DNA from: Paragordius varius
Taxonomy: Eukaryota > Animalia > Nematomorpha
Direction: 5' to 3'
DNA length: 64,000 bases
NCBI GenBank assembly: GCA_964247055.1
Contig: OZ176057.1
Location: 310,001-374,000 of the forward strand
In this document: positions 38,504 to 53,100 of the stretch, in pieces
Layout of the letters: each line of letters begins with the position of its first letter
Numbering within the stretch: the stretch's first letter is position 1
Made by a program: the position numbers and the translations under genes
The notes under the pieces: generated by a model
What the model was told of the DNA's origin: nothing
Database searches by the model: none
Seen by the model: the letters and a program-made list of their open reading frames with translations, nothing else

Positions 38504-39132
38504 CAGTGGCGTACCGAGCATTTGCGGCGCCCAGGGCATAAAACTTTTATGCCCCCCCCCTTATATATATATATATATTAATATGATACTAAATTTATTC
38601 ATTTTTAAATATATAAATAAATAAATATTTTAATATATAATATGGAATTTATATGTAAAATAAATGTTTTTGTTGCATATATTGAATTGATTTTATAATA
38701 GGGAACAATAATGTTTTAAAAAAAAATCTAGGCGAATTTTACAATACAATTTCAACAGAATAATGCAATTTATTTAATAAAATATTAATTATATGAAGAT
38801 TTTATCTTTTGGAAATGAAAAACTAAGAGAAAAAATAATGTAAAAAATTTTCTGGCTTTTGATATTGCAAAATTATTAATTATATCATTAAAATCTATCA
38901 TATTAAATTTTTCTTTTTCCTCTCTCAACAATGTTAAGTCATTCTCGTTTTATCGTACTAATTAGGTGAATAATAGATTATATATTTTAGGGATTATTAC
39001 CTAAATTAGTGAAAAATCTCATTTAAAAATTCTTATTATTTTTGCATAATTAAAATTTAATTTTAAAAAATCATTTAGGCGCCCCTAAATAACGGCGCCC
39101 GGGGCATGATGCACCCCCTCGGTACGCCCCTG
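38504..39132. mobile_element. 629-bp hAT MITE with perfect 8-bp TSD GTAACAAC
   Basis: GTAACAAC|CAGTGGCGTACCGAG...CTCGGTACGCCCCTG|GTAACAAC; TIR match 14/15. Confidence 0.95.
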
Positions 39133-39311
39133 GTAACAACAAGCTTTTGACTAGACTTGCAAGTAAGTGGCAAAAATTTAATATTAAAGGAGCAAGTTAA
39201 GCAAGAAAATTGGATTAGGACTCTGCAAGTTTGAGGAGGTAAACTTGTCAAACATAAAAATATATATAATTTTAGTAAACATTTAATATAATTTAGGTTT
39301 TATATGTATTT

Positions 39312-39551
39312 TAGGGGTGTCTAACATAAATGGTCTTGCGGGCCGCATTTTTTCTCAGAAATAATGAGGGATATATTTGGCCATCTAGGTTTGAAAAATT
39401 TTGATAGGACTGTTAAATGTAAATGTAAACATTTTTTCCATATCGTTGCCAATTGATTAGACCTATTTATAAAAATTATTTAAAAAATATCATTTTTCCC
39501 AAGATATGGTGTTTGCAAATTATGAATTTCTACGCGTGTTGGACACCACTG
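39312..39551. mobile_element. Charlie-like hAT MITE, old
   Basis: TAGGGGTGTCTAAC...GCGGGCCGCA ... GTTGGACACCACTG; no intact TSD. A similar end GTTGGACACCCCTG lies at 29851-29864. Confidence 0.6.
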
Positions 39552-40731
39552 AATTAGACCTTTTATTAATGTTATTAAATATTTATTAAATAATCTAATT
39601 TAACCTATTTATATTAGGTGGATATAAATAAAATGAAATTTCGAAATAACTCTCAATGTATTGAAGAACAATGTAAAAAAGTTCATATGTTACGTGTTTC
39701 TTAAACACATTTCCATGCATCACAGCTATTTTTGGTTTCCAAAAAAAACCCTTTTGAACAATATTAATTTTGAGTTTATAAAAATAAATTTAATTTATTT
39801 GTATCTATAATATGTGCAAAAAATTATAAGATTTGTTCGCTAATTCGTTTATTGTAACACCAATGACCCAACAAACAGAATTCGTGAAGTTCTAAAGTTT
39901 AATCACCATGTTTTTAGTAACGCCCAATCAAAATACAAAATTTGTGGTTATTTTTGGACATAAATTATTATATAATTTAAATTATTTATTATCATTATAT
40001 ATAGTTTATCTATTTTTAACTGAATATGTGCACTTACCGAAATTTATTTTAGAGGATTGCGAAAAAATATTTTTCAAATACAATTTTACCAATTTTCCGA
40101 TATCGTTGATAATCAATAAACTGATCGCGATAGGCTAAGAGAATTTTAAAAAGTTATATCCTAGTTTATTAGAGTACTAGTTAAGGTTACATTAGTTATT
40201 ATGGTTCATACATAATTTACTGCATATTAATTTCATGGTATCAAAAATGTGGTATCATAACGATTTCAGTTGAAATGCCTTATAATTTGTTTATTTATTT
40301 ACAAATTAATTATAATTTTTTATTTTTAACTCGATATTTCATTAATGATGTAGAAATAAATTTTACAATTTAATTAATTTATACGTGCCTAAACTATTTA
40401 CGTTTTAAAAAATGTGAAAATATATAAATATCTTAAGGTAAGATAACAAATATACAGTGCAAAGTATAAAATAGAGGGTTACAGCTTCCAAAAAAGTATA
40501 ACTGTAGAAAAATCTATATATACTACGATCATTTATGTTAATTGGATTTATTACCATTTGAGGGTTCAAAATAGATATTTAATTAACTATCAACATTTTT
40601 GTAGGTTTTTTTAGATGTTTTTCTTTAGATACTATAAAACATTATTAATGACGGTAGTATATTGCAATTTTTATGAATTTTGAAGCAATGTGGTGGGATA
40701 TAAGGAGAAATACGGCTTTTTTAGATTGTAT

Positions 40732-42557
40732 GCGGTTTTATTTGGTTGCAAAGCAATATGGTTGGACATATTTTGCGGTTTTTTAATTGTAAAGCATATC
40801 GACGGTTATTTATAGGATATGGTAGAGGTGGGTAAAGGACAACTTTGTCGGTTTTGTAGATTTTATAAAATATGCTTTTAAATTAGCAGGGTGGCGGTTT
40901 TATTTGGTTGCAAAGCAATATGGTTGGACATATTTTGCGGTTAATTGTAAAGCATATCGACGGTTATTTATAGGATATGGTAGAGGTGGGTAAAGGACAA
41001 CTTTGTCGGTTTTGTAGATTTTATAAAATATGCTTTTAAATTAGCAGGGTGGCGGTTTTATTTGGTTGCAAAGCAATATGGTTGGACATATTTTGCGGTT
41101 TTTTAATTGTAAAGCATATCGACGGTTATTTATAGGATATGGTAGAGGTGGGTAAAGGACAACTTTGTCGGTTTTGTAGATTTTATAAAATATTGTTTTA
41201 AATTAGGGGGTGGCGGTTTTATTTGATTGTAAAGCAATATGGTTGGACATATTTTGCGGTTTTTTAATTGTAAAGCATATCGACGGTTATTTATAGGATA
41301 TGGTAGAGGTGGGTAAAGGACAACTTTGTCGGTTTTGTAGATTTTATAAAATATGCTTTTAAATTAGCAGGGTGGCGGTTTTATTTGGTTGCAAAGCAAT
41401 ATGGTTGGACATATTTTGCGGTTTTTTAATTGTAAAGCATATCGACGGTTATTTATAGGATATGGTAGAGGTGGGTAAAGGACAACTTTGTCGGTTTTGT
41501 AGATTTTATAAAATATTGTTTTAAATTAGGGGGTGGCGGTTTTATTTGATTGTAAAGCAATATGGTTGGACATATTTTGCGGTTTTTTAATTGTAAAGCA
41601 TATCGACGGTTATTTATAGGATATGGTAGAGGTGGGTAAAGGACAACTTTGTCGGTTTTGTAGATTTTATAAAATATTGTTTTAAATTAGGGGGGTGGCG
41701 GTTTTATTTGATTGTAAAGCAATATGGTTGGACATATTTTGCGGTTTTTTAATTGTAAAGCATATCGACGGTTATTTATAGGATATGGTAGAAGTGGGTA
41801 AAAGACAACTTTGTCGGTTTTGTAGATTTTATAAAATATTGTTTTTTAGGGGGGGTGGCGGTTTTATTTGATTGTAAAGCAATATGGTTGGACATATTTT
41901 GCGGTTTTTTAATTGTAAAGCATATCGACGGTTATTTATAGGATATGGTAGAGGTGGGTAAAGGACAACTTTGTCGGTTTTGTAGATTTTATAAAATATT
42001 GTTTTAAATTAGGGGGTGGCGGTTTTATTTGATTGTAAAGCAATATGGTTGGACATATTTTGCGGTTTTTTAATTGTAAAGCATATCGACGGTTATTTAT
42101 AGGATATGGTAGAGGTGGGTAAAGGACAACTTTGTCGGTTTTGTAGATTTTATAAAATATTGTTTTAAATTAGCGGGTGGCGGTTTTATTTGATTGTAAA
42201 GCAATATGGTTGGACATATTTTGCGGTTTTTTAATTGTAAAGCATATCGACGGTTATTAGGATATGGTAGAGGTGGGTAAAGGACAACTTTGTCGGTTTT
42301 GTAGATTTTATAAAATATTCTTTTAAATTTGGGGGGTTGCGGTTTTATTTGGTTGCAAAGCAATATGGTTGGACATATTTTGCGGTTTTTTAATTGTAAA
42401 GCATATCGACGGTTATTAGGATATGGTAGAGGTGGGTAAAGGACAACTTTGTCGGTTTTGTAGATTTTATAAAAATTTCTTTATAATTAAAAGGGTGGCC
42501 GTTTTATTTGGTTGCAAAGCAATATGGTTGGACATATTTTGCGGTTTTTTAATTGTA
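40732..42557. repeat. Tandem array of a ~161-bp unit, ~11.4 copies
   Basis: Unit starts at 40732, 40894, 41052, 41213, 41375, 41536, 41698, 41858, 42019, 42180, 42339 and 42498. Confidence 0.97.
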
Positions 42558-43088
42558 TTACGGCATACCGAGGGTTGTTATTTATATATTGTAGCTTGTA
42601 AGATAGAAGGTCAAATTTGGCAGTTTTAGATTGTTATAAAAGCATTGGTATTGCTTGAAACAAGTAGATGGTGGCGGATTTTATTTAATAAATCAGAGGC
42701 ATTTTTGAGCATATAAAGGAAGAGATTGTTCAACCTATTTTGAGTATTTCCAACTTTAATAAAAGAGGCCAGCTTGATTTACATTATGTAAATTTCATCG
42801 CAAATTTGATTTTACTAGGCTATTCTTTAGACGTATTTTAAAAACGATCTATCCACTACTGAGAAAAAATGAAGGCACATATAAAATCATTTCTTTCGAT
42901 TTGTTAGCTATATTCATCCATTTGACAATTTTATGATACAAAATTAATTTAAAAACCTCAATTAGTTGCTCAAATATTCCCAGATATTCCATACTACTAG
43001 ATCTATTGAGATGCTATTAAAAATGGATTTTTTAGTAAAGTAGAATTTGATTTATACAATCATGCTGGCAAAGTAAGTGACACGATTG

Positions 43089-46000
43089 TTATTGACATGG
43101 ATTAGTTGCAACGATGTAATCAACTTTACGCTTTAGCATCTCCGGTGTCCATGCTTGTTCTAAAAAAGGGTGCTACCAAAAAAATATTTGTTTATATATT
43201 TTAGTGTAGAACATATATAATTAGTAACCCAGTGAATTAATAAATCTATGAGATATGCATACCCATAACAGGTCATTGGCCGACCATCTATCAATGGCCT
43301 CTTTATGCAAACACTTTTGCAAAAAATCGGTTAAAGTTTTAGAGATGGATTTTGGCAAAGTGGGCGTCCCTGTTGCCACTATTTTTTTTAGGATCTAACA
43401 AATAATGATGGTAAAATGATTATATTTTATCTAATATTAATACCTGACTCTGGTTCAAGCCAGCGTACGGAAGAGTGCCTTTAACTAATTTTATTATTAT
43501 AATTCCTGTGGACCAAATATCGACTTTGCAATTGTAGGAAGCTCGACAGATCATGTCGTAGGCCATATAGGATGGCGTTCCGACCATGACTGGAGCGCAA
43601 TTAGTTGTATGGAAGCATGCTAGGCCAAAGTCAACTAATTAATAGATTATTTTGTAAATATATTTTCTATATCATCATATTTATTAAATATTAGGAAACG
43701 ATGCAAACTGCTAATTTAATGGAGAAAAATTGTAAATCATTTAAAAGATATTTGCTGTATTTTTATTTATTCATGAACGGCCCCTTTTTTTTATTTTTTA
43801 TTTTTATACATCAAAAATAAATTTGTAATGAAGTAAAATTACTTATTTTCACGCATCCATTCGTGTCTACGAGGATGTTGTTGCATTTCAAATCTCTGTG
43901 CATTATATTATTGGCATGAATATATTGAAGGCCCATTAATGTCTACAAATAAAACACCGTGAATGAAATGATTTATAATATTTTAAGGCTAGCTATAGAA
44001 AGGGTACAATACCAAGTGCTATTATTTTTCTGCATACTAATTTATGTCATGAGTTTTATGGTAAAAAGATAGACTTTCAAAAAATTAACTGTCATGATCA
44101 AAATGGCGGTGTTGCCAACTATAAACACAAAGGGTAAAAACTAAAAAAGATTTTTTTAAGAAAGCCATATTTCTTTAAACCTTAATTTTTCCGATAACTA
44201 TTTAAAAGATATCTTATAAATTTATGCCTATATATAGAACTTTGCAGAAATTATGTTTAAAAAAGTATAGCGTCTTTAAAAAACTGTCTTTTATTACATT
44301 TTGTCTGTGTTACCGTTATTATTATGAAATATTTTCATTTTTCATTAATTTAAACGATAATAGAAAATCAATTTATTCTTATCCACGATTACTTATTTAT
44401 TACTTTGCAATTCCGCCAAAATCCAAAAACATAATAAGAACTACCTGTTTGACGATTCCTGCGACCATTGGTTCTTTAAGTTTATATTGAGCTATTTTAT
44501 CTAACGTGACTCCATTGATATATTCCAAAATGATCTGTTAATTATTAAGTATTGAAGATATTATTGAAAAACTGTCAAGAAAATTGCAAATTACTAAAAT
44601 GACATACCATAAGTGTTGACGAAGTTATTTTAGCCCCTAAATATTGTACAATATTAGGATGTCTGAGGTTGGATAGCATAAATAATTCGTTTATATGAAA
44701 GTTTCTTAGAACTGAATTTTCTAGATTTTGCTTTTTTATAGCAATACTGTGACCATCTGCATTAGTTGCCAAGAAAACAGAACCGAAGCCTCTATATTAT
44801 ATAAATATATGTTTGCTTTCCAATTGCCAATATGTAAAAGACAAATATGTTTAGATAACCATACTTTTCAACACTTGATTTTATATATTAATAACTTACA
44901 TTTCCATTTCTTGCAAAAATGATGATTATTAACACTTCCTTACCCTCAAATATTTATGGACAATTACATTTTGGTATAATTAAAAACTCCAGTGCTTATA
45001 CTTTAAATAAACTAATGTGAAAGTTATCAAACATTGTTCTCCTGTTTATAAAATTGGTGTAAAAAAATAGATAAATGGTGACGATCAAGTTTGAGAGGAG
45101 GTTTTTTTTACTATTTTTATTATAATGTAAAAATATCTTTTAAAGTCTTTGCCCGAAAAAATGTTAGCGAAACCACATTTTAATTTTGGCTTAATACCTT
45201 AATTATTAAAGATTTCATATTTTCGTTAGAGATATAAAACCACATTAAGAGGTAATGATTATCAAAATATCAAGAATTAAATTAGTATGTATGTCTTTTA
45301 GAAAATATTTATCTGTTAATTTTAACGTTTTTATGTAAAATTTCATTTTATAATGCAATTTTAATATGAAGATCTTACCCTTTCCCAATCTGTTTGCCCA
45401 TTTTATAACCTGAAGAGGGAATGTCAGCCTATAAAATAAAATGAATACATAATTTTATAGATGTTTATATTTATATTTTTTAAAAATACATTTTGTAATA
45501 TAATTGTTTATAAAACTTGTACTTACATTGGAATTATTGGGTTCGTTTTGATGCTCGTTATCTAAAAGGATGATATGTTAGTTGAATATATAAATATTGG
45601 GATAAAGTTTCTTATGATAAAATAGAATTATTCGTAGAGATATTTCAAACTATTTTAGCAAGAAGTAAAACAAAAGATGATGGCATAATTATATTCCCAC
45701 TCTAATCTGATGGAGAGGGGATTTCGATTTAATAATAAGTATATCACACATTGTCTCAAAATATAACCTGATAGTAATCAAGATTTATATGTCCTTTTGA
45801 CTTTGATTTCAAGTGATTTATGTAAGATATTTAAGTTTTGGTGGTATAACTGCTCCATATCATTAAATAGCGATTTCGCACACAATTATAAAATTTTGGT
45901 TGATAAAATGGTTCATTCCAAAAAATATCAATATCATAATTAAATATTAAAAGCAAAATAATGTTTTGGAAATTTTAATTGGAAGATATGCCTCTGAAAG

Positions 46001-49000
46001 TATCATATTTAACCCTTCCAAAACGGAGGTTTTCTCAAAAGAAAGGCAGAAATGCCGAGATTGCTTGATAAAAAATTTAAACATATGATAAATGACATTA
46101 AAAAAAGTTTTTTCCGAAAAATGAATATTTTGCATGAAACTTATCAAAATTGTTTTTTATTGTATTTTGAAGCATGATGGTATTTAAATTTTATAAGATA
46201 TTTAAACATACTTTTTATGTACGTAAATTTGGATGGTTTTGTAAAAAAAATATTTGATATAAATTTAAAATGAACGAAAATTTTAATCAAAAGATAGAAA
46301 TTTTCAGCATCATCGATTTATATCGTATAAGTATAAATATTTTAAAGCCCTTAATAACGTTTGCTTCATGCCTCAGGATGAATATTACTTCAACACAATT
46401 TTATAAAATTTTGCAAAATACCCCTTTCGGAAATAACCTTTCTAAATGTCAAAATTCAAAATAATGATAATCATGCGATTTTGGGATTTGCCTTTCTTTC
46501 AAAAAACTATTCCATTTTGGAAGGCAAAAAAATTTGGGACTTTCCGAACCCACCTCTGAAATTCAAATTTTTATCGAGTAGTTTATGAATGAATTTCTGT
46601 GATAAATTTTTGGAATTCAGATGTTTCTAAATTTATTTGACATGCGCTTTTGCAGTTACTAGAATAAGAATATCACTACTAAGGGCGAATCAATATGATA
46701 ATTCTGATACATTTTCCCATCGTAATGCATATATATGAATTCATTAGGGTGTTTTTATGAACAATCATTTGGATCAAAGAACGCAATACCGCCCTTGTTT
46801 TACACTTTATTAGTTAGTTCTTTAGGGTATGTTTATATCCCACAGAAATCAAATAATAAATTTATACATAAATATCAAAAATTTGTGTTTTGGCCTTTTA
46901 TGATCTAAAAAAATTACGAAATTAGCAAAACTCTTCGCTGCCATACAACTTTTTTTCAAATGTTTATTATGGTCAAAAATCAATTTTACAAAATTTCACT
47001 CTATAGTATTATTATTTTAAAATCAGTTGCTACTTTTCAGAGGATAGTAGAGATATTAATCACGTTTAAAAATTGTAAAAAATATATGTTTTTGTGTCCG
47101 ATAATATTATTTTGATCAAAACAATTTAAAAACGTTTTTAAACTTTAAAATACAAACTTAGCCAATAAAATGTCTACATCAGGTAATTTAGCATTTAACT
47201 TTATACAAAATACAGTAAATAGTCTAAATAAATAATTTACTCAAATTTGATGGCTTGTCTCCAGCTTCATCGATATTTTGTTTTGAATTATCTTGATCAT
47301 CTATTTAAATCGCGATTGTGCATTAGGAATTAAGAATAATTAAATAAATTATTTTTAGTTTGTCTTTTTATGATATAATATTTACTAATTTTTTGTATAA
47401 AATTTATATAATATTAAAAAGTTTTTGAAAATGACAGGCCAGATTCTAAATAGATTATTAGCGATTAGAGCAATTAAGTAGACTTTAGTGTATATGTTTT
47501 TACACAATTTACATGATTTATTAAAGAACGTATCCTGCTTTCGTCCCAATATTAAAAGCTTGGCTCTCTCTTTTAGTCTCCCTGCAAGGCTCTGCAAAGT
47601 TCCTTCAGGTTACATTTTTTAATAAGTAAACATTTGATCAGACAACAATAAAGTTTATTGAATTGCTCTAATCACTAAAATTATATAATTATTGGGGGAA
47701 AAGTTTAATGGATATCACATATAAAGAAAAAGAATAATATTTTATTAGAGCATATTTTACATTTTTGGACATATAAATACCCTATATTCAAAATATTAAT
47801 TTGACGGTCAAATTATATTATGTTCCACGATATCATTTGCACAGATCTGCCCAAAGTTGACAGTGTTGATTATAAAGGGAAAATCTAATTCTGGCTTGGA
47901 CACAATGTAATAATGCGGCCTCCTAACCTTATTTGTCGCGCCTTCTCTTTTTGTTTCATTAGTCTTTATGACAAAATTTTACACACAATCCGACTTCTTC
48001 AAATAAGTTATATGAGTTTAATTATGTTATCTAACGCGGCCCAAGGCGTAACAAAAAACATTTCAAAAAAACTTCATTTTAGACTAATCAATGTTTCTAC
48101 AAAAACCGCAAACGCACAACCTTTTTTACACCGTATAAAAAATTTCCATTCCAAAATAGGCGTTGGTTTCGTTAAAAAAATATTGAATCTATTATTTATT
48201 TAGTTTTAATTTCTTACAAATTGATTTCCTATACAAATAATGTAAATTTTTAAGAAGTATATAATTTAATATTGTAACTGTGATTATAATATTAATATAA
48301 TGGGACACTATTTATACAGAAATATCGACAAAAACTATGTTTTGCCCATTCCAAAGCCCTTAATAATTTTAATAATAAATGTCTTTCGAAACATTACGCT
48401 TAAACCTTTGGATATATCAAATTTAAATTTTTTTAAGAAATAAAATATATGTACCATGCAAAAATATTAATTTTTTAGTTTAAGTATTTTTTCATTATAA
48501 AACCTGTCGCTTGACTGGTGATACTGTTGATTATAATTCAATTAGCTTCTGGAAAGCCATCTATAGACTCAAAAGTGTCGCGATAATATAACTTTAACTC
48601 AAGATCTCGGGCCAACGTAAAAGATATGATTAGCAAACACTTCATTTTTACTTTTTAAATAAAGAACCAATTTAGTTTTGCTTTATTTTACGATTTTATT
48701 TTAGGTCTTTTGTTTTTATATAAATAAAAATATAATTCTCATACACTTTTCTAAAACCATTCAAATCTCTCTTAAAATGGTTTCCTTACATCTGTGCAAA
48801 ATAGAAAGTTAAATCAACTAAATTCACAAAAAATCAATCATTCGTAATAATTCACATCTTAAATAACTTTATCGGGTGTGTATAACGCTATACGTATATA
48901 AAATAATGAGCGATATAGTGTACATCTTACTTTGCTATTTTCTTTTCACATTATTTTGGAAATCTTTCTTAAAATTTAAATTCATTTCAATATAGTCAGT

Positions 49001-49498
49001 CATTTTTAAAATATTTTTAATGTATTTCAAATGTTAGAGTTTTGAAATGTGACATAAATGAAGGATATAATGGTTAACACATACTGATTGGGTTTCCTTC
49101 ATTGGTGGTGGGGTGAGCCCTTTTTTTCCTGAAAATATTCAAAATGCGCCATTTGTTTTTCTTATCTATTGTTGAATAAGAGTTATATTATTAATAAAGG
49201 TATTTAAAAAACTTTATTCACTATAAGACATATTAAACTATAATGCTTAATACTTTGGCATTAAACATGGACAGTCTAAAATCAGTATTACCCTAACAGC
49301 CAAATCAAGCATGCAATAATGTGTTTTTAAAAAGCATAATGAAATTAAGAATAATTTCAGATTTAATAGAAAATATAAGCTTTAGTTACTTCTCACAATT
49401 GGTTGCGGATTGTCTGCGGGATTTGCTTCAACGGTTTCATCGGTGACGGGACAGCAACAGCAACAACAAGTTTTTTTCAAAAATTTGATGAATTTCAT
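43089..49498 (-). CDS. PAK/STE20-type Ser/Thr kinase, 374 aa, with N-terminal Cys6 cluster
   Basis: Exons 49498-49390, 47602-47513, 47300-47241, 45561-45527, 45428-45379, 44791-44608, 44534-44445, 43942-43843, 43634-43444, 43394-43263 and 43172-43089 total 1125 nt, stop-free, all GT-AG and phase-matched. Motifs [56 protein letters not shown]. The kinase-domain exons are secure; the four 5' exons are joined on phase compatibility. Confidence 0.88.
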
Positions 49499-49825
49499 AA
49501 AAACATTAATATTAATTCAAGAATCAAATTTACGTAATTAATTGTTGGTTGTATATTTTATATAACTATAAATAAACCCTATCGAATTGGGTAAAACTGT
49601 AAGAAATTTATTTTAAACTAAAAGCTGTCATTTAATCTTTAAAAAAATGTATAATTCAGCTAAGTTTGCTGTAATAATTTTAATATCCTTTTAAATTAGA
49701 TGCAGTAAAAATTTAGTTTTCACTACATAATATTTCTAAAAAACAACTTTTAGCGGAAAAAAATACTTAAAGTAATAAACCAGCCAAATATATAGGGTTT
49801 AACCGGACTTATAAAAATATATTAC

Positions 49826-50163
49826 TCTTTTCCATCCTAAGCTTGTCTTAACAATTTCTGATATGCAACTAGTCGACCTCTTTAGAAGTTTTATAATCCC
49901 TGCTTATGTATGTAAGAAAAATTGATTTTAATTTTAATCTAAAGGAGATTTTATAACCTAATCAAGTTTAGTTAAAAATGTATAAGTTAGACAAAAATTT
50001 ATATGAATTGATTAGAAATCACCACTGGATTGTATAAAGCTTTAATGCAGTATACCTGTCTTCATTTGAATTAAAATATTGAGAGTTCTACTCGATAATC
50101 CTTCCGGTTCACTTAAATAAGGAACCACCTTATTAATAAAATTAGCCCATTTTGTATCAATAG
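49826..50163 (-). CDS. Two putative exons of an unidentified gene
   Basis: Phase-matched AG/GT exons 50163-50056 (AIDTKWANFINKVVPYLSEPEGLSSRTLNILIQMKT) and 49899-49826 (GIIKLLKRSTSCISEIVKTSLGWKR); no recognisable domain. Confidence 0.35.
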
Positions 50164-53100
50164 CTAACACAAGTGGTTCCAATATATAAATTAAGGGTTA
50201 TTTTACAATCAGAGATGAAGAAAATTGAAAAGGGTTACGTCAATAAGAGTTAAGTCAGATCTTTTAGTCAATGAACCCATTTAAATGGCTTAAATGTGAA
50301 TGACCCAAACAGTTATGAAAAGTAACGAGACACCATTTTATAGCTCAATAATCCCTATACCTTAAAAGTAGGAGAGATATATGGTATATGAATTATTTTG
50401 AGGCGGCTTAAAAGGTTCATTTAAATGTCATTTAGCCAGCTAAACGACCCATTCAGAGGGACCTGACTTTACATATGTTGTAAACCGTGAGATTTCTATG
50501 TCTTAATCAATTTATTGTGGAATCTGAAGAATGATATACAATAAGCGTACCCTTTAAAAAATATTAGTTATTTGGAAGTGGCGAAAAATATCTATTCATT
50601 AATACATTCTTATGAAAAAATACACATTAATTTTTAATATCAACTAAATTGGCCCAAATAAATACATAGTTTTAACATATCTATCACGTTTTCTACAACT
50701 TCTAAAAGTCAATCGTTCAGCTTATTTAAACTGTATTACACATAGGAAAGGATTGACTGACAGGCTTTTCCCATTATTTTAGGGACGCCCATCGCAAAAG
50801 CTTTCCTGGCCCGCAATACTATTTCAAAATTGAAAATGGGACAAAACGTCAAAAGTCAAATATTTTTTAAAAAGGCAACATTCTTCTTTAAACCATGGTT
50901 TTTCCTATATAATTTTTTAATTAGAGTTGCAAAATATATTATTTATTTAGTTGCAAATTAACAAATCTTTTTCATACTTTTTACAGTTTAAAACAATAAA
51001 TTTAAAAAATCAAGTTTAAAATATAGCGGTCTTAAGATTTGTATTTTTTAATTTACATCTTGTCGGTATAATTTCAATATTTGCTGTGATGCAGGAAATA
51101 TATTATTAAAAGGCAAATATTTTCCATAACTTTTAGACCTTGATTTTTCCGACATAAACTTGATAATTAAATTATGCACCCCAAGTATTGCTGTTTAGAT
51201 TTCACGTTCTGTAGTACTTAAATATTACCGTAAAACATAAAAATGGCGCGTCGCATTTAGATTATACTATTTAATCCCTACAATTCAAATTTACCCTTGA
51301 AAATTCAAATTCACCCTTAACTTTATTTTTTAATATTTTATAATATGAAATTCTGTTTATAATTAATAGAATTCAGGAAAAGTAAAATAGTCGTAAAAAT
51401 ATATTTCATATAAATGATGATTTATATTAGCCCAAAAACACATAATTTCTTTTTAGGATAAATGTAAATTGTTCTGAATTCGAATAGTAAATGTTATATA
51501 TGATATCAGGAAATTTTCAGTTAAAAGATAAATGCGATATTACAAAAATATCTAAAAATATATGATACAGTCTATAAAAAGTTTAACTATACTATTAAAG
51601 ATTTTAATCTTAGTAATCCAAAGATGTTTGCTGCTCCTCTAAAATAGGCTAGTTCTCTTAAAGGTTTGCGAAACTTTGAGATTGCGCGATCTTTAGAAAA
51701 AAATGGATGCTTGGTTCAAAAATTTAATTTGGAAAACCTACCACATAATTTTAGGCGAAGATATTATACCAGCTTTTTCTTCAATATCTTGATGAAATAT
51801 CTATTTTTTGATTGAAAAATGCATCTGAATTTTTAAGCTCCTCGTAGTTTTTAGCCTAACAAATAAAGAAAATATTTACACCTTTGTGTTAATTGCTCCA
51901 TATTATAAAATCGCATTTGTTCACATTATGCTAAATAATTTTCTTTGGTGGAGATTCATTCCTTAATTTATTCAATATTTTTTCAAAAAATATAAGATGT
52001 GGTGTCCAACTGTTTTAAATTCGGACGCGTCTAAGATGGCTAAGTTTTTAAACAAAATGCCGATATTTCATACGTAAAAATAAATATATGCCAAATTTTG
52101 AGAGAAAAAAAGTTTTCTAAAATGGTTATCTTTGCCTAAAAATTTAATTTTTAGCAGTGACTTTGCCATTTTGAAGCATGTTGGAACCAGTATATCGCTT
52201 TAAGATATTATAAAACATTTTTTATATTGTTAAAAAAAATTTATCACCGCAAATAAAAAGGTTCTTTTGCCTTTAGACAATTTACATTTAATATAAATTT
52301 GAAACCGAAAGATGTTAGTATTCAAATAATTTTTTATATTTCAGTTTATTAATGTTACACAACAAAATTTTGCCATGGGTTCATTTCCTTCCATATTTTT
52401 TAAAGTATTTAATTTGAACAGACCAGGTATCCAATGACCCCAATTTGACTCAAGGAGTGGAATGTGTTGTATCCAAGTGTTAAAAAAATTTTTATATTTA
52501 TATTATTTCCATTTCCATCTTGATTCGAAATCGCATACCGCGCAAATCTTTTTTAGAAATTGAGTTTTCAATAAAGTAATGTTTTCAAAAATAATATTTA
52601 TGGCATATTTTACGATATTAAATATTACTGCGCATAGTTAGAAACTTGAATGGGTTAAAAATTTTGGTACTTTCAGAGCTCACATCTAAATTAAAACTTA
52701 GAAACATTGTTTGCTTTTTGCAAATAATATATTTTAGTGATATACAGAATGAAGCATATTTTTCATCAAAAAAATTTTATTTTAAAAAATGTGGGCAAAT
52801 TTTACCATTTTCTAATATATACCCCTTACCACAAAATGCAAATAACTTTTTGATATCTCTTGTAAGGCCAAAAAAACACTATGATAATCCTGAAACTTCC
52901 TATAAGAATATATTTATTTCAACAGATTATTTTTTTCAGACCCTGTGTAATATAAATATTCCATCACCAAAAAGAGTTTTGATATAATATGCGTTAATTT
53001 AGATAATTTTCGGTACGCAATTAACAAAGTATATATTATTTAAACACTTTTGAATCCAAAAATGCTTTATGATAATGCTGATACGTTTTCCTCAGAATAT

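Noticed and set aside
40732-42557. CRISPR-like array or repeat-encoded protein (ORFs 42097-42363, 42423-42629)
   Set aside because: No unique spacers, eukaryotic context, and frame-breaking indels between units.
47830-47965. CRIB-like kinase exon ([18 protein letters not shown])
   Set aside because: Weak similarity and no phase-compatible donor found; left out of the gene model.
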